Assembly (NCBI GenBank): GCA_965237415.1
Contig: CBDEFM010000002.1
Location: 2,560,001-2,624,000, forward strand
Length of the DNA stretch: 64,000 nucleotides
Direction of reading: 5' to 3'
Origin: Alphaproteobacteria bacterium
Lineage (GTDB): Bacteria > Pseudomonadota > Alphaproteobacteria > UBA828
How positions within the stretch are numbered: position 1 is the first letter of the stretch; each line of letters opens with the position of its first letter. Made by a program: the position numbers and the translations under genes. The notes below the pieces were generated by a model. It worked only from the letters and a program-made list of their open reading frames with translations. It had not been told where the DNA came from and did not search any database. Shown here in pieces: positions 62,808-64,000 of this stretch.

Positions 62808-63959
62808 TCAGCCGGTTGGCGTGAGCCAGCGCTCGAGGGCGGCGCAGGCGCCCTCCACCTCCTCCGTCGCACCGGCATAGGAGAAGCGGACGAAGGCCCG
62901 GCCGCGTTCAGTGTCGAAGTCGATGCCGGTGGTCGCCGCGACCCCGCACTCGGCCAACATGCGCTGGCAGAAGGCCTCGCTGTCGCAGGTCAGGCCCGAG
63001 ACGTCGGCATAGGCGTAGAAGGCCCCGTCGCAGGGTGCGAGCGCGCCGAAACCGGCGGCCGGAAGCGCCCGCTGGACGATGCCGCGGTTGCGGGCGTAAC
63101 GCGCCACGTTGGCCTCCAGCTCGTCCTGGCAGTCGAACGCGACGAGCGCGGCCCGCTGCGAAAGGGCCGGCGGCGAGATGAAGAGGTTTTGCGTCAGCCG
63201 CTCCACCGCCCGCGCGAGGTCGTCGGGCACGACCATCCAGCCGAGCCGCCAGCCGGTCATCGCGAAATATTTCGAGAAGCCGTTGATCACGACCGCGCTT
63301 TCGGAGAAGGCGGCGACGCTGGCCGCCGGCTCGCCATAGGTGATGCCGTGGTAGATTTCGTCCGAGACCACCCGGATTCCCCGGCCGTCGCAGAACGCCG
63401 CAACCGCTTCTAGCGTGCGCCTGGGCAGCATGGTCCCGGTCGGGTTCGATGGGCTCGCGACGATCAGGCCCTGGATCGGCTGCTCCAGCGCTTCCAGCAT
63501 CGCCACGGTGGGCTGAAAGCGGGTCTCCGCCGTGGTCGGGAGCAGCACCGGCTCAAGCCCGAGCGCCTTTAGCGTGTTGCGGTAGGCGGGATAGCCGGGA
63601 TTGGCGAGCGCCACCCGGTCGCCGACGTCGAAGGCGGCGAGGAAAGCGAGAATGAGCCCGGCTGAGGCGCCGGTCGTGACCACGATACGCTCAACCGGCG
63701 GGGCGAAGCCGTAGCGTTCTTCATAGTAGACGGCGATGCGCTCGCGCAGCGGCAGCACGCCATGGGCCTCGGTGTAGCCGATCTTTTCGGCGGCCAAGAC
63801 CGCCTGCGCCGCGTCGAGAACGGGCTTGGGCGCGCCCGAGCCCGGCTCCCCGGTCTCCATGTGGAAGACACGCGCGCCTTCCGCCGCGCGCGCTGTCGCG
63901 GCCTTGAGAATTTCCATCGCGAAGAAGGGCGCGACCGCCGCGCGCCGGGATGCCGCCAT
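62808..63959 (-). CDS. Class I/II PLP-dependent aminotransferase
   Basis: SPSNPTG, SDEIYHG, GFSKYFAMTGWRLGW. Confidence 0.95.
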   Translation of the reverse strand: MAASRRAAVAPFFAMEILKAATARAAEGARVFHMETGEPGSGAPKPVLDAAQAVLAAEKIGYTEAHGVLPLRERIAVYYEERYGFAPPVERIVVTTGASAGLILAFLAAFDVGDRVALANPGYPAYRNTLKALGLEPVLLPTTAETRFQPTVAMLEALEQPIQGLIVASPSNPTGTMLPRRTLEAVAAFCDGRGIRVVSDEIYHGITYGEPAASVAAFSESAVVINGFSKYFAMTGWRLGWMVVPDDLARAVERLTQNLFISPPALSQRAALVAFDCQDELEANVARYARNRGIVQRALPAAGFGALAPCDGAFYAYADVSGLTCDSEAFCQRMLAECGVAATTGIDFDTERGRAFVRFSYAGATEEVEGACAALERWLTPTG

Positions 63960-64000
63960 CGCCGTACCTTAGAGCGCCGCGAGCGGCACAAGCACCGCGA

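Overview
High-GC alphaproteobacterial (Rhodospirillales-like) chromosomal window. The right two-thirds are mostly conserved housekeeping genes: asmA, dapD/dapE, yejABEF, ftsY-mtaB-dapF, zapA-6S RNA-ygfA-ymdB, the aa3 cytochrome c oxidase operon, tldD, hrcA-grpE-dnaK-dnaJ and rne. The left ~22 kb is accessory: catabolic enzymes, a sugar ABC transporter with no binding-protein gene, a urease-family locus, a two-component system and degP. Highlights: (1) a urease-family gamma-beta/alpha/UreD locus that keeps all Ni ligands but has remodelled substrate-pocket motifs and no ureEFG, a candidate urease paralog with another substrate; (2) a family of non-autonomous elements with terminal inverted repeats (TIRs; consensus end TAGCCCGCATTTCTCACCACGGTCA), one of which split the regulator/kinase overlap and supplies a new in-frame ATG to the kinase; (3) a 168-bp IS1595-like MITE with an exact 8-bp target duplication nested in a RIME/BRU-RS-like palindromic repeat that has a second copy 29 kb away; (4) three type II toxin-antitoxin loci, one with a decayed toxin. 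All assignments come from motif recognition and manual alignment; no database searches were run, and several start codons are my choice among in-frame candidates.
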